Shown here one piece after another: positions 1 to 9,627 of a stretch of 61,845 nt of DNA (position 1 is the first letter of the stretch; each line of letters begins with the position of its first letter). The position numbers were made by a program, and so were the translations under genes. Origin of the DNA: Chitinophagaceae bacterium. GTDB lineage: Bacteria; Bacteroidota; Bacteroidia; Chitinophagales; Chitinophagaceae. The stretch covers positions 1 to 61,845 of the forward strand of contig JBPPMM010000719.1 of the NCBI GenBank assembly GCA_051306075.1, written 5' to 3'. The notes under the pieces are model-generated. The model was not told the origin of the DNA. It was given only the letters and a program-made list of their open reading frames with translations, and made no database searches.

Positions 1-1
1 G

Positions 2-1945
2 TTATTTTGGAAAACCAATCCGATCCAATAATTTTTGAAAGCGTGGGTCATTTCTGAGCAAAGCAGGAACATAAGGTGCATATTTAATGTCATAAATAAT
101 GTCTTTTCCCTCATAAGCTTTTTCCAGGTAATCGAAAGCGGCATCTGCATCCCCTAACCAGGCGGCAGATAATCCAAAATAAGTGCCTGCTATATATTCT
201 TTTGCAGACCTTTCTTTTAATTCATGCATAAGCGCCTTTGCTTCTTCAAAGTTTTCATTGCTGCAATAAGCCCAGATAAGGCCATTGACGGCAAGCTGAT
301 GCCTGTTTGAAATTTTCAATAAATACTTAAAAGTATCAATGGCTTCTTCATAACGTTTTAAGGCGATATAGCATAAGCCTGCTATGCGGTGTGAGAGAAA
401 GGAATTAGCATCCAGTTCAATACCGGTTTTGGCAAATGTCAGCGCTTCTTCAAACCGATTTGCTGTAAGAAGGGTCCAGGCTAAATCGGCATGATCAATT
501 GCGCTTAAAGGTTCCAGCTTGATGGCTATTTGTCCATGCTTTTCCGCTTCTTTAAAATCCCCTTCTATAAATGCAAGATACAACATGCCAAAAAAAGAAT
601 GAGCTTGCGCATTCTTTGCATTAAGCTCAATTGCTTTAAGGTAATTTTTCTTTGCTTCCACCCAATTCCATTCCATTACATAATAAGTTGCCAACGAACA
701 ATAAGATTCACAAAGAGAACTATCAAGTTTTACTGCAGTTTCCGCAGCTTGCTTTGCCTGCTTCAAAACTTCTATGCCTGGTTTAAAATTGTACCCTACT
801 GAAAAAAGGTTTGCATCAGCATAGCCTGCATAAGCCAGGGCATAATCAGGATCAACTTCTATAGCTTGTTTAAAAAATTGTAAGCCAATTAGAATAGAAC
901 TACCACGCCGGTTAACATGAAACCTTCCTTTTAAATACAATTGGTACGCCTCAGCATTTTGTGTGTGGGTTTTGGTTATCAATTCACGGTCTTTCTCAAA
1001 CAATGTTATTTTTAGATGCTCCGTAATGGATAAGGCGATTTCATCCTGAATGGCAAAAATATCATCCATTTCACGGTCGTATTTTTCAGACCAGAAATGA
1101 AATCCATCCTCTACATTGATCAACTGAGCTGTTATGCGAAGGCGATTGCCCTGCTTCCGAATACTGCCTTCCAACACAGTATTGACACCAAGTTTTTTAC
1201 CCAGTTCACGCAGGTCAATATTTTTTCCTTTAAATTGAAAGGAAGAAGTGCGGCCGGCAACTTTCAAATCTTTCAAGTGTACCAGGGAATTGATGATTTC
1301 TTCGGCTATTCCATCACTGAAATATTCCTGCTCAGGGTCATTACTCATATTGACGAAAGGCAAAACAGCAATTGACTTATCAGTAATTTTTTTTTCGGAA
1401 GCCTTTTCACCTTTTCCTTCCACGTTATTGTTTCCAGGAACAATTATTCCCGGATTGCTGACAGCAAAAATCTCTACCTGCTCTTTTACATTCTTCAGTG
1501 CGTATTTCCCAAGCGAAATAGTTTGAATGTCTTTCTGATTTTTTATATCATCATAAACTTTGGCAGAAATAAAAATGCTGCCGGGTATGGCAAAAGATTC
1601 CATCCGCGATGCAATATTCACACCGTCACCATAAATATTATTGCCTTCAAAAATTACATCTCCTGTATGCATACCAATACGCAGCGGCACAACAGGGCTT
1701 GTTTGCATATCTAATTGTAAAGTAAGACCAGCTTTTACACACTGAATAGTGCTTGTAAAACTGCACATACCCCCATCACCACGAAATTCAATTATCCTTC
1801 CCTGGTGCTCCGCTACTACTTCTTCCAATTTTTGTTTTAGTTTTTGTCTGCAATTCATTGCTGCCATTTCATCTTCTTCCATCATAGCCGTGTACCCGGC
1901 GATGTCGGTAAACATTATGGCGGCAAGTTGGCGGGTTTGGGTCAT
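2..1945 (-). CDS. Class III adenylate/guanylate cyclase + TolB-like domain + TPR repeats (cytoplasmic)
   Basis: Cyclase motifs AAIMFTDIAGYT, EFRGDG and IYGDGVNIASR; TolB-like SIAVLPFVNMSNDPEQEYFSDG; TPR repeats ending LRNDPRFQ. Confidence 0.92.
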   Translation of the reverse strand: MTQTRQLAAIMFTDIAGYTAMMEEDEMAAMNCRQKLKQKLEEVVAEHQGRIIEFRGDGGMCSFTSTIQCVKAGLTLQLDMQTSPVVPLRIGMHTGDVIFEGNNIYGDGVNIASRMESFAIPGSIFISAKVYDDIKNQKDIQTISLGKYALKNVKEQVEIFAVSNPGIIVPGNNNVEGKGEKASEKKITDKSIAVLPFVNMSNDPEQEYFSDGIAEEIINSLVHLKDLKVAGRTSSFQFKGKNIDLRELGKKLGVNTVLEGSIRKQGNRLRITAQLINVEDGFHFWSEKYDREMDDIFAIQDEIALSITEHLKITLFEKDRELITKTHTQNAEAYQLYLKGRFHVNRRGSSILIGLQFFKQAIEVDPDYALAYAGYADANLFSVGYNFKPGIEVLKQAKQAAETAVKLDSSLCESYCSLATYYVMEWNWVEAKKNYLKAIELNAKNAQAHSFFGMLYLAFIEGDFKEAEKHGQIAIKLEPLSAIDHADLAWTLLTANRFEEALTFAKTGIELDANSFLSHRIAGLCYIALKRYEEAIDTFKYLLKISNRHQLAVNGLIWAYCSNENFEEAKALMHELKERSAKEYIAGTYFGLSAAWLGDADAAFDYLEKAYEGKDIIYDIKYAPYVPALLRNDPRFQKLLDRIGFPK

Positions 1946-2374
1946 ATAATTTTATTCATACTAAAAGTATCGAATAAAAATCTACTAAGGAAAGTTCCTT
2001 CATTCTATAAGCGATAGAAATCTCAGATCATTAAGAAGTATGACTAAATGAAGATGCTAATTGAGAGAATTCATCCAGCCAACTTTTATTTTAAATTAGA
2101 ATCATAACCAAATACTACAATTTCTGCGGTACTACTTAGTCAAAGAAAATGGGTGGCAGCAATACTGTTACCCGACAGGAATTATTTAAAGAAATCTGTA
2201 AGGTGATTTAAAATTGTCGCTAACTTTATTTGCGTTAACTCTCACTTCCGTACACCCAATCAGAAATTTGAAAACTGAGAATAGCTATTTGAGTACGGTG
2301 TCAAAATCTTACAACAAAGGATTTATTAAATAAAGAGTTGCTGAGTTTAGATAAATTAAACAAAATAAAATAGT

Positions 2375-3805
2375 ATGGAAGATTTAAAAGTTACCTCAAA
2401 AACGGGAGGATCAACCGTACTTGCAGGAGCCACAGTGGAGGAGTTTAAATCCGGTTTTCGTGGCGACTTACTTACAGCTAATGATAAGGGCTATGATGAA
2501 GCCCGTATCATCTGGAACGGCATGCATGACAAGCGTCCGGCACTAATAGCCCGATGCACCGGGGTTGCCGATGTTATTGACGCTGTCAATTTCTCCCGCA
2601 ATCAAAATCTGTTAGTAGCAGTACGTGGCGGTGGGCATAATGTGGGGGGCAGCGCTTCCTGTGATGGCGGAATTATGATTGACCTGTCCCTGATGAAGGG
2701 GATCCGGGTGGATTCAAAGGCACGCACTGTTCATGCCCAGGGTGGTGCTACCTGGGGCGATCTGGACAGGGAGACACAGGTTTTTGGATTAGCGGCGCCC
2801 GGCGGTGTAGTTTCCACCACTGGTATAGCAGGGTTAACGCTTGGTGGTGGACTAGGGTGGCTTCGCAGGAAGTATGGCTTAAGTATTTACCATTTATTGT
2901 CGGTAGATATTGTAACAGCTGACGGGCAGTTTTATACTGCCAGCGAGAGCGAAAACACCGACTTGTTTTGGGGTGTCCGCGGTGGTGGCGGAAATTTTGG
3001 AGTGGTGACCTCCTTCGAATATCGTCTACACCCCGTTGGGCCGATGGTAACCTTATGTGCTCCATGGTATCCGGTTGAAATGGCTAAAACCCTGCTACCA
3101 GCCTGGCAGGAATTTATGAAATCAGCCCCTGAAGAGTTGTCTTCTTCAGCTATGTTCTGGACAGTACCTCCAGCACCTCAATTCCCTGTAGAAACTCATG
3201 GCAAAAGAGTGATTGTTTTTGCTGCAGTTTATATTGGCCCGGTTGAGGATGGGGAACGTATTACCAGGCCGCTTCGGGAATTGGCTACACCTTTGTTGGA
3301 TCTTAGTGGACCTATCCCATGGACAGCAGTGCAATCGGCATTTGATCCTTTTTTTCCAAAGAAAGTACAGCTTTACTATTTTAAGTCGCTTTATTTAAAC
3401 AATCTCAATTCAGAAACGATTGATACGATGCTACCCCTTGCAAGTAATCCTCCCGCACCAATGGTCTTGATTGCAATCTGGCATTATGGTGGCGCTATGA
3501 GCCGTATCGGGGAAGATAAAACAGCCTTCACTGGCCGGGATGCCCCATTTCTTTTTAGTGTAGATGCCATCTGGAACAATCCAAAGGACACCCAAAAAGT
3601 TGTCGCCTATTCCCGTAATTTCCTTAAAGAAATGGAACCTTATTCAACAGGCGGGATGTATGTTAACTTCGCAGGTCTTGGGGAAGAAGGTGAGGCTCTT
3701 GTAAAATCGGCTTATGGTGCTAACTATGAAAAATTGGTTGCGTTAAAAAATAAATACGATCCCACTAATTTATTCCGTCTTAATCAAAATATCAAACCTT
3801 CATGA
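2375..3805 (+). CDS. FAD-binding oxidoreductase, berberine bridge enzyme (BBE)/VAO family
   Basis: RGGGHNVGG covalent-FAD His motif, GLTLGGG, RGGGGNFGVVT, C-terminal KNKYDPTNLF BBE domain. Confidence 0.92.
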   Translation: MEDLKVTSKTGGSTVLAGATVEEFKSGFRGDLLTANDKGYDEARIIWNGMHDKRPALIARCTGVADVIDAVNFSRNQNLLVAVRGGGHNVGGSASCDGGIMIDLSLMKGIRVDSKARTVHAQGGATWGDLDRETQVFGLAAPGGVVSTTGIAGLTLGGGLGWLRRKYGLSIYHLLSVDIVTADGQFYTASESENTDLFWGVRGGGGNFGVVTSFEYRLHPVGPMVTLCAPWYPVEMAKTLLPAWQEFMKSAPEELSSSAMFWTVPPAPQFPVETHGKRVIVFAAVYIGPVEDGERITRPLRELATPLLDLSGPIPWTAVQSAFDPFFPKKVQLYYFKSLYLNNLNSETIDTMLPLASNPPAPMVLIAIWHYGGAMSRIGEDKTAFTGRDAPFLFSVDAIWNNPKDTQKVVAYSRNFLKEMEPYSTGGMYVNFAGLGEEGEALVKSAYGANYEKLVALKNKYDPTNLFRLNQNIKPS

Positions 3806-4185
3806 GTGAATCAACTACAACCAGCCCTGAACTTTCGCTTTATGAAAGGTTAGGAGGAGAACCAGGTCTACGTAAAATAGTAAACGATATATTGGATAAA
3901 AATTTCAACAATCCACTTATAGGGCACTATTTCAGGAATATTGATATGGGCAAGCTCAAGCAATTGGTATTTGAATTCTTCTCTATGGGGATAGGGGGGC
4001 CACATCAATACACCGGCAGGGATATGCGGAGTTCCCATGCTGATTTGAAAATATCCCATGCAGATTTTGAAAGTGGAAACGATGATGTATTGCTGGCTTT
4101 AGAAGAGAATGGAATTGGAGAAGCGGAACAAAATGAAGTGATAGCTATTCTTAATTCTATGAAAGGAGATGTTGTCAGGCAATAA
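3802..4185 (+). CDS. Group I truncated haemoglobin (trHbN/GlbN-like)
   Basis: SLYERLGG start, GGPxxYTGRDMxxxH with proximal His; start overlaps the oxidase stop (ATGA). Confidence 0.9.
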   Translation: MSESTTTSPELSLYERLGGEPGLRKIVNDILDKNFNNPLIGHYFRNIDMGKLKQLVFEFFSMGIGGPHQYTGRDMRSSHADLKISHADFESGNDDVLLALEENGIGEAEQNEVIAILNSMKGDVVRQ

Positions 4186-4186
4186 A

Positions 4187-6136
4187 CTACACCGGAAAAC
4201 CAATCCTTTCTAATAAATTTTGAAACCGTGGATCATTTCTTAGTATAGCCGGAATATATGGTGCACATTTAATGGTGAGTATATGGGGGTCAAGATCATT
4301 ATAAGCTTTTTCAAAAGCGTCAAACGATATATCCAGATCACCGAGGTAAGCGGCAGATATTCCGAAATCAATGTGGCCTATGTGTTCCATAGCTGATCTT
4401 ATTTCTAATTCCTCTTTAAGCTTTCTGGCTTCATCAATATTTCCATTACTGCAGTAAGCCCAGATCAAGCCAGTGATGGCCTGCTGATGCCGGTTTGAGA
4501 GGTTTATTAAATACAGGAACTCAGCAATGGCCTCATTGTACCGTTGCAATACGATATAACAAAGACCAGCAATGCGATGCGAAAGAAACGAGTTGTTATC
4601 TAATTCAATACCTGTTTTAGCTATAGCTAGCGCCTCATCAAATTTACGGGCCATTAACAGTGTCCACGCAAAATCAGCATGATCAATAGCACTTAATGGT
4701 TCCCTTTTGATGGCTATTCGTGCCTGTTCTTCCGCCTCATCAAACTTCCCTTCCACCCAGCCTAAGCAAAGCATGGCATAAATAGATCGTGCCTGTACAT
4801 ATTCCGGATTTAGCTCAATCGCCTTAAGAAAGTTTTTCTTCGACTCCTTCCATTTCCGCTCTAAACAGATATAATAATATCCTAACGAAAAGTAAGCTTC
4901 ACCCAGTGTATCATCAAGTTTGATAGCCGTCTCTGCCGATTGTTTTGCCTCCTTTATTACTTCTTTTCCCGAAAAAAAACCATAAGCCGCGCCAATTATT
5001 AATGCATCGCAATGGCCTGCATAAGCTAAGGCATAACCGGGATCAAGAGCAATAGCCTGTTTAAAAAATTGCAGTGCTGTAAGGATAGAGCTGCCCCGCC
5101 TGCTTAAATGAAACCGGCCTTTTAAATTTAACTCATAAGCTTCTGAATTGTATGTTGCGGTTTTTGTGATCTTCTCCCGGTCTTTTTCTAACAGCGTTAT
5201 CTTCAATTGTTCAGTAATAGCTAAAGCAATCTCGTCCTGTATGGCAAAAATGTCGTCCATGTCGCGGTCGTATCGTTCACTCCAGATATGAAAACCATCT
5301 TCCACACTAATCAATTGCGCAGTAATACGGATACGACTACCTTGTTTGCGGATACTTCCTTCCAATACAGTTCCCACTCCTAATTTTTCTCCTACGTCCC
5401 TTAAATCAATATTCTTTCCTTTAAAACGGGCGGAAGAAGTTCGTCCTGCAATGTTCAGGTCTTTTATGTGTACAAGTGAGTTGATGATTTCCTCCGCCAT
5501 ACCATCGCTGAAATATTCCTGCTCCGGATCATTGCTCATATTGACAAAAGGCAAAACCGCGATTGATTTTTCATTGTTCCTATTTGCCATAACTTTCTGC
5601 CCTTTTCCTTCCAGGATATCTTTCCCCGGAATCTTTATACCCGGATTACTGATGGCAAATATCTCCACCTGCTCCTTCACATTTTTAAACTCATACATGC
5701 CAAGCGAAACGGTTTGAATATCTTTTTGATTCTTGATATCATCAAACGCTTTTCCTGAAATAAAAATGCTACCGGGCAGGGCAAAGGATTCCAGCCGGGA
5801 TGCAATATTTACACTATCTCCATAAATAGCATCTTCTTCAAAAAGAACATCACCGCTGTGAAGACCTATGCGAAGCGGCACGACAGGATCTGTAAGCATA
5901 TCCAGTTGAAGAGCCAAAGCCGCTTTTACCGCTTCAATAGTGCTGCCAAAACTACACATAGCCCCATCTCCCATAAACTCTATTATTCTTCCCTGGTGTA
6001 TATTGATCAGCTCCTCCAATTTTTTTTTGAATTTATGACGAAGCATCAGGGCCAGCGATTCATCCTCCTGCATCAGGGAAGTATAACCCGATATATCGGC
6101 AAACATGATAGCAGCGAGCTGGCGGGATGAAGGCAT
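4187..6136 (-). CDS. Class III adenylate/guanylate cyclase + TolB-like + TPR (cytoplasmic), paralog of 2..1945
   Basis: FADISGYT, EFMGDG, IYGDSVNIASR, SIAVLPFVNMSND; ATG at 6136 preferred over TTG at 6142. Confidence 0.92.
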   Translation of the reverse strand: MPSSRQLAAIMFADISGYTSLMQEDESLALMLRHKFKKKLEELINIHQGRIIEFMGDGAMCSFGSTIEAVKAALALQLDMLTDPVVPLRIGLHSGDVLFEEDAIYGDSVNIASRLESFALPGSIFISGKAFDDIKNQKDIQTVSLGMYEFKNVKEQVEIFAISNPGIKIPGKDILEGKGQKVMANRNNEKSIAVLPFVNMSNDPEQEYFSDGMAEEIINSLVHIKDLNIAGRTSSARFKGKNIDLRDVGEKLGVGTVLEGSIRKQGSRIRITAQLISVEDGFHIWSERYDRDMDDIFAIQDEIALAITEQLKITLLEKDREKITKTATYNSEAYELNLKGRFHLSRRGSSILTALQFFKQAIALDPGYALAYAGHCDALIIGAAYGFFSGKEVIKEAKQSAETAIKLDDTLGEAYFSLGYYYICLERKWKESKKNFLKAIELNPEYVQARSIYAMLCLGWVEGKFDEAEEQARIAIKREPLSAIDHADFAWTLLMARKFDEALAIAKTGIELDNNSFLSHRIAGLCYIVLQRYNEAIAEFLYLINLSNRHQQAITGLIWAYCSNGNIDEARKLKEELEIRSAMEHIGHIDFGISAAYLGDLDISFDAFEKAYNDLDPHILTIKCAPYIPAILRNDPRFQNLLERIGFPV

Positions 6137-6295
6137 ACGCAAATGATTACATTGAAAGGTAAGAAAACACGAACATAAGAAGGAGAAATGTTAACAGTTC
6201 AGGTAATTTTTTCACCCTTCCTCAAATAATTCATTTGAATTCTGATTTGGGGTATGGGAATATTGGGATTCCAAAATAACCATAAGAACATTTTA

Positions 6296-8332
6296 TTAAT
6301 ACTTATTAAAACCATATTGATTATATAGTTTTTGATAGGCGGGATTATTTCTTAACAGGCTGAAAGCAGGATCAATTTTCAAAAGCTTAAAAGCTGGTTC
6401 TGGTTTGTCAATGGATTTTTTAAGCCATGCAAAACAGGAATCCGGTTGGTTGCGTGCTGCATAAATGACCGCTGTATAATAATTACCATTTTTATTCTTT
6501 TCAATCGGAAGCGTTTGCAGTTGTCTTAAAACAGAATCGCTTTTTTGCATCCGGTTTGTTTTATAATACGCAATACCAAGCTGTGCCATACCGGCTTCAT
6601 TTATTAGTTGATTTTTTTCCAAAATGGAATTGCATTCACGAATTACAAAAGCATAATTGCCTTCCAGGAACTCATTATATAGCCGCATGTTCTGAAACTG
6701 GTTATTATCGGGAAAAAGCCTGACCGCTTCAAGAATATATTCCTTAGCTTTTTTTAATTGCCCGGTATATTGATTTACCATAGCCAGAATAATATAACTA
6801 TTATAATCAACCGGGTCCAGTTCCAGTGCATCCATACCAAATTTTGTAGCCTTTTCAAAATCACCCATCCAGGTAAGAAAATATGCATACCTGTTTTTTA
6901 TTAATGATGAACCGGGATTAAGTTCTACCGATTTTTCAAAATTATCTCTTGCTTTTGAAAAATTAAGCTCTATAGACCATGCCAGCAAAGCAAGGGCAGA
7001 ATATCCCTCCGCCAATCCGGGAGAAAGTTTTATTGACTGTAATGCAAAACTTTCTGCTTCCCGGAAAGCCTCAGCGTTTTTGAAATCGAGATTTTGATTA
7101 ATAATCCAGGTTTTGGCAAGGGCTATATATGCATATGGTATTGCGTATGCAGGATCAAGTTTGGTGGCTTGCGTATTAAAGTCAATGCTTTGCTCATATT
7201 TAAGTTCCCGGTAGGCATAAAGACCTTTCAGGTATAAGGTATACGTTTCAGGCGAAGTTGCAGTTTTATTCAATTGATGACTTTCCGATTCGGATAAAGT
7301 TATTTTCAAAAGGTTGGTAATATGTGCTGCAATTTCATCCTGTATCTTAAAAATATCTGCCATTTCCCGGTCATATTTTTGTGACCACAAATGCGTATGA
7401 TCTTTCACCCTGATCAACTGAGCTGTAATACGAAGTTTATTACCAAATTTTTGTACACTTCCTTCCAGGATGGTACCCACATTCAATTTCTTACCTAATT
7501 CCCGCAGGTCCATTTTTTGTCCTTTAAATTGAAATGAGGAAGTTCTACCAATTACCTTCAGGTTTTTAATACCCGATAAGGTCGTAATAATTTCTTCGGC
7601 TAATCCATCTCCAAGGTATTCCTGATCCTTTTCGGGGCTCATGTCAACAAAAGGAAGTACAGCAATAGATTTATCTAAAATTTCACTCTTATCGTTTTGC
7701 CAAACATTATTCTTAAAAATAAATATAGCTGCAACAACAATCAAAATTGGAAGAATAATCCAAAACACATTTTTTTTCTGACTATTATTCTTCTTCAGTT
7801 TCCCTTCCATCATACTTCTTTTGGGAACGGGAAAGCCGTCATTGGCAAGTGCAAATACTTCAATAGACTCATTTACATTTTTGAATTCAAATGTGCCCAG
7901 TGAAATCGTATGAAATTCAGGTTTGTTCTTTATTTCATCTGTTACTTTTTTGGAGAAAAGAATGGCGCCGGGAATAGCCAGGGTTTGAATACGTGAAGCA
8001 ATATTTACAGCATCGCCGTAAATATCATTATTCTCAAAAATAATTTCTCCCTCGTGAATGCCAATCCGCAGAGATAACTCATTTGATGCTTTGCAGGCCT
8101 GTTGAATTTTCATAGCGGCAAATAATGCATCGGAAACGGTGGAGAAACTGGCCAACACGCCATCACCTAATTCTTTAATAAACTTTCCATGGAATTCTTC
8201 AATGATGGGTTTTTGTATTTCCAGATTTTTTTTAAGCAACTCAAATGCATTCTGTTCATTACTGCCCATTAAAGCCGTGTACCCAACAATGTCAGTAAAC
8301 ATTATAGCAGCGAGCTGGCGGGACTGGGACAT
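6296..8332 (-). CDS. Class III adenylate cyclase + single TM helix + TolB-like + TPR
   Basis: FTDIVGYT, KELGDG, DIYGDAVNIASR; hydrophobic VFWIILPILIVVAAIFIF between the cyclase and TolB-like domains. Confidence 0.92.
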   Translation of the reverse strand: MSQSRQLAAIMFTDIVGYTALMGSNEQNAFELLKKNLEIQKPIIEEFHGKFIKELGDGVLASFSTVSDALFAAMKIQQACKASNELSLRIGIHEGEIIFENNDIYGDAVNIASRIQTLAIPGAILFSKKVTDEIKNKPEFHTISLGTFEFKNVNESIEVFALANDGFPVPKRSMMEGKLKKNNSQKKNVFWIILPILIVVAAIFIFKNNVWQNDKSEILDKSIAVLPFVDMSPEKDQEYLGDGLAEEIITTLSGIKNLKVIGRTSSFQFKGQKMDLRELGKKLNVGTILEGSVQKFGNKLRITAQLIRVKDHTHLWSQKYDREMADIFKIQDEIAAHITNLLKITLSESESHQLNKTATSPETYTLYLKGLYAYRELKYEQSIDFNTQATKLDPAYAIPYAYIALAKTWIINQNLDFKNAEAFREAESFALQSIKLSPGLAEGYSALALLAWSIELNFSKARDNFEKSVELNPGSSLIKNRYAYFLTWMGDFEKATKFGMDALELDPVDYNSYIILAMVNQYTGQLKKAKEYILEAVRLFPDNNQFQNMRLYNEFLEGNYAFVIRECNSILEKNQLINEAGMAQLGIAYYKTNRMQKSDSVLRQLQTLPIEKNKNGNYYTAVIYAARNQPDSCFAWLKKSIDKPEPAFKLLKIDPAFSLLRNNPAYQKLYNQYGFNKY

Positions 8333-8352
8333 TGTTTATTAATTGATGATTT

Positions 8353-8977
8353 CTACTTTAAATACTCACTGACTTTTGAGCTAATGAATTCTTTCACACC
8401 TTCCATGTTTGCTTTTTCAAACTTATCGGTTCTTCACTTTCCTCAGCATCGGCAAAATATGTAATTGCCTGCGGCACTGTCATCATTAAATTTTGTGTAA
8501 CATATTTCTCTTTATGCAGTATTATAAAATCCTGTATTGAAAAATGATTTAACAGCTCTGCAACATCCCAAAAATCTTTTTTTCTTCCCCTACCTAATAT
8601 AGCCTGCACTTTCATGGCGATAATATCTTCTGGTGAAAACATTCTTATGTCATATATCTCGAGTTCAGGCCTGATTAACGATGCTGATGACGGATAATGT
8701 CAATTTTCACATCATCAACAAAACCAAAAATACCGAAACGTGGATTTGTTGACCTGCTTACAAATGATGATTCGAATTTTTTTTCCAGTGCAGCAATAAT
8801 ATTTGTATTATCAAATGGTTTATTTGAAAATAAATCCAAATCAACTGACTTCCGGTGCCCATAGCAAAGTGACAATGCTGTGCCGCCAACTAATGAGAAA
8901 TCCTTTAGTTCAGGAATTTCCATTAACTGTTTTAATATGGAAAAAGCGCGGGGTTCGACTGTTTCAAAGTGAAGCAT
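8353..8977 (-). pseudogene. AbiEii/AbiGii-family nucleotidyltransferase toxin, two single-base frameshifts
   Basis: LVGGTAL..HRKSVDLDLF and MKVQAILGRGRKKDFWD motifs in different frames; adding a C near 8679 and a G near 8403 gives one ORF ending EGVKEFISSKVSEYLK* (TAG 8353-8355). Confidence 0.85.
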
Positions 8978-9234
8978 CTGAATTCATTTAACGGTTTGTT
9001 TATTACAGCGCTTGCCAGGTACATTGTGTACTCAGGTAAAAATTTAGCATTCAACAATGCTTCCGTTACTTTTTCATCACCATAATAGCGGCGGCAATTG
9101 CGGATATCGTCCACATCACCACGTTCAAAAACCCGTTCGATTACGAAATTGGCTTTAGTATCGTAATTGATATTCTCAAATACAACATCCCAAAAAATCC
9201 GTTTGTTAAATATGGGTATTGGTTTATCAGGCAT
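8932..9234 (-). CDS. DUF6922-type small protein, putative antitoxin partner of AbiEii
   Basis: IFWDV...VIERVFERGD...YYG signature; overlaps the toxin start by 46 nt. Confidence 0.75.
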   Translation of the reverse strand: MPDKPIPIFNKRIFWDVVFENINYDTKANFVIERVFERGDVDDIRNCRRYYGDEKVTEALLNAKFLPEYTMYLASAVINKPLNEFRCFTLKQSNPALFPY

Positions 9235-9299
9235 GTTATAAAGGTATTATTAAATTAATTTTATTTGCTCTTTCGTTACAAGTTACGAAAGGGCCGCCG

Positions 9300-9419
9300 C
9301 TACAAACATTCAACATTTAATGCATTGGAAAATGATTGTTGTTCATCAACGCCCACCAAAGCAGTGAACCCGACAATATCGGTGAACATGATGGCAGCGA
9401 GATGGCGGGACTGAGCCAT
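9300..9419 (-). pseudogene. Truncated N-terminal stub of a fourth cyclase-TPR paralog
   Basis: Translates MAQSRHLAAIMFTDIVGFTALVGVDEQQSF then diverges and stops after 39 aa; matches the N-termini of the three intact paralogs. Confidence 0.85.
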
Positions 9420-9627
9420 TATCTTAAGTTGATCATTCTACATTACAAGTTATTCAATTCTTATTTGGGGACTAATAAATACTGGTTAATACCGCCCGGA
9501 TCTTAAAGTTTGAGTAAGAGGTTTTGCCCAGAGTATGGCGCCAAGATCAGAATTTAAAAAGTTAAACTCACATTTATAATTTACCTTTTATAAATTGACC
9601 GGCACAATTAAAATACCTTGCTAACCA

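Noticed and set aside
2-9234. Pycsar/CBASS-type anti-phage cyclase system
   Set aside because: The cyclases have a TolB-TPR sensor architecture with purine-type specificity residues, and no cyclic-nucleotide-binding TIR or TM effector is adjacent.
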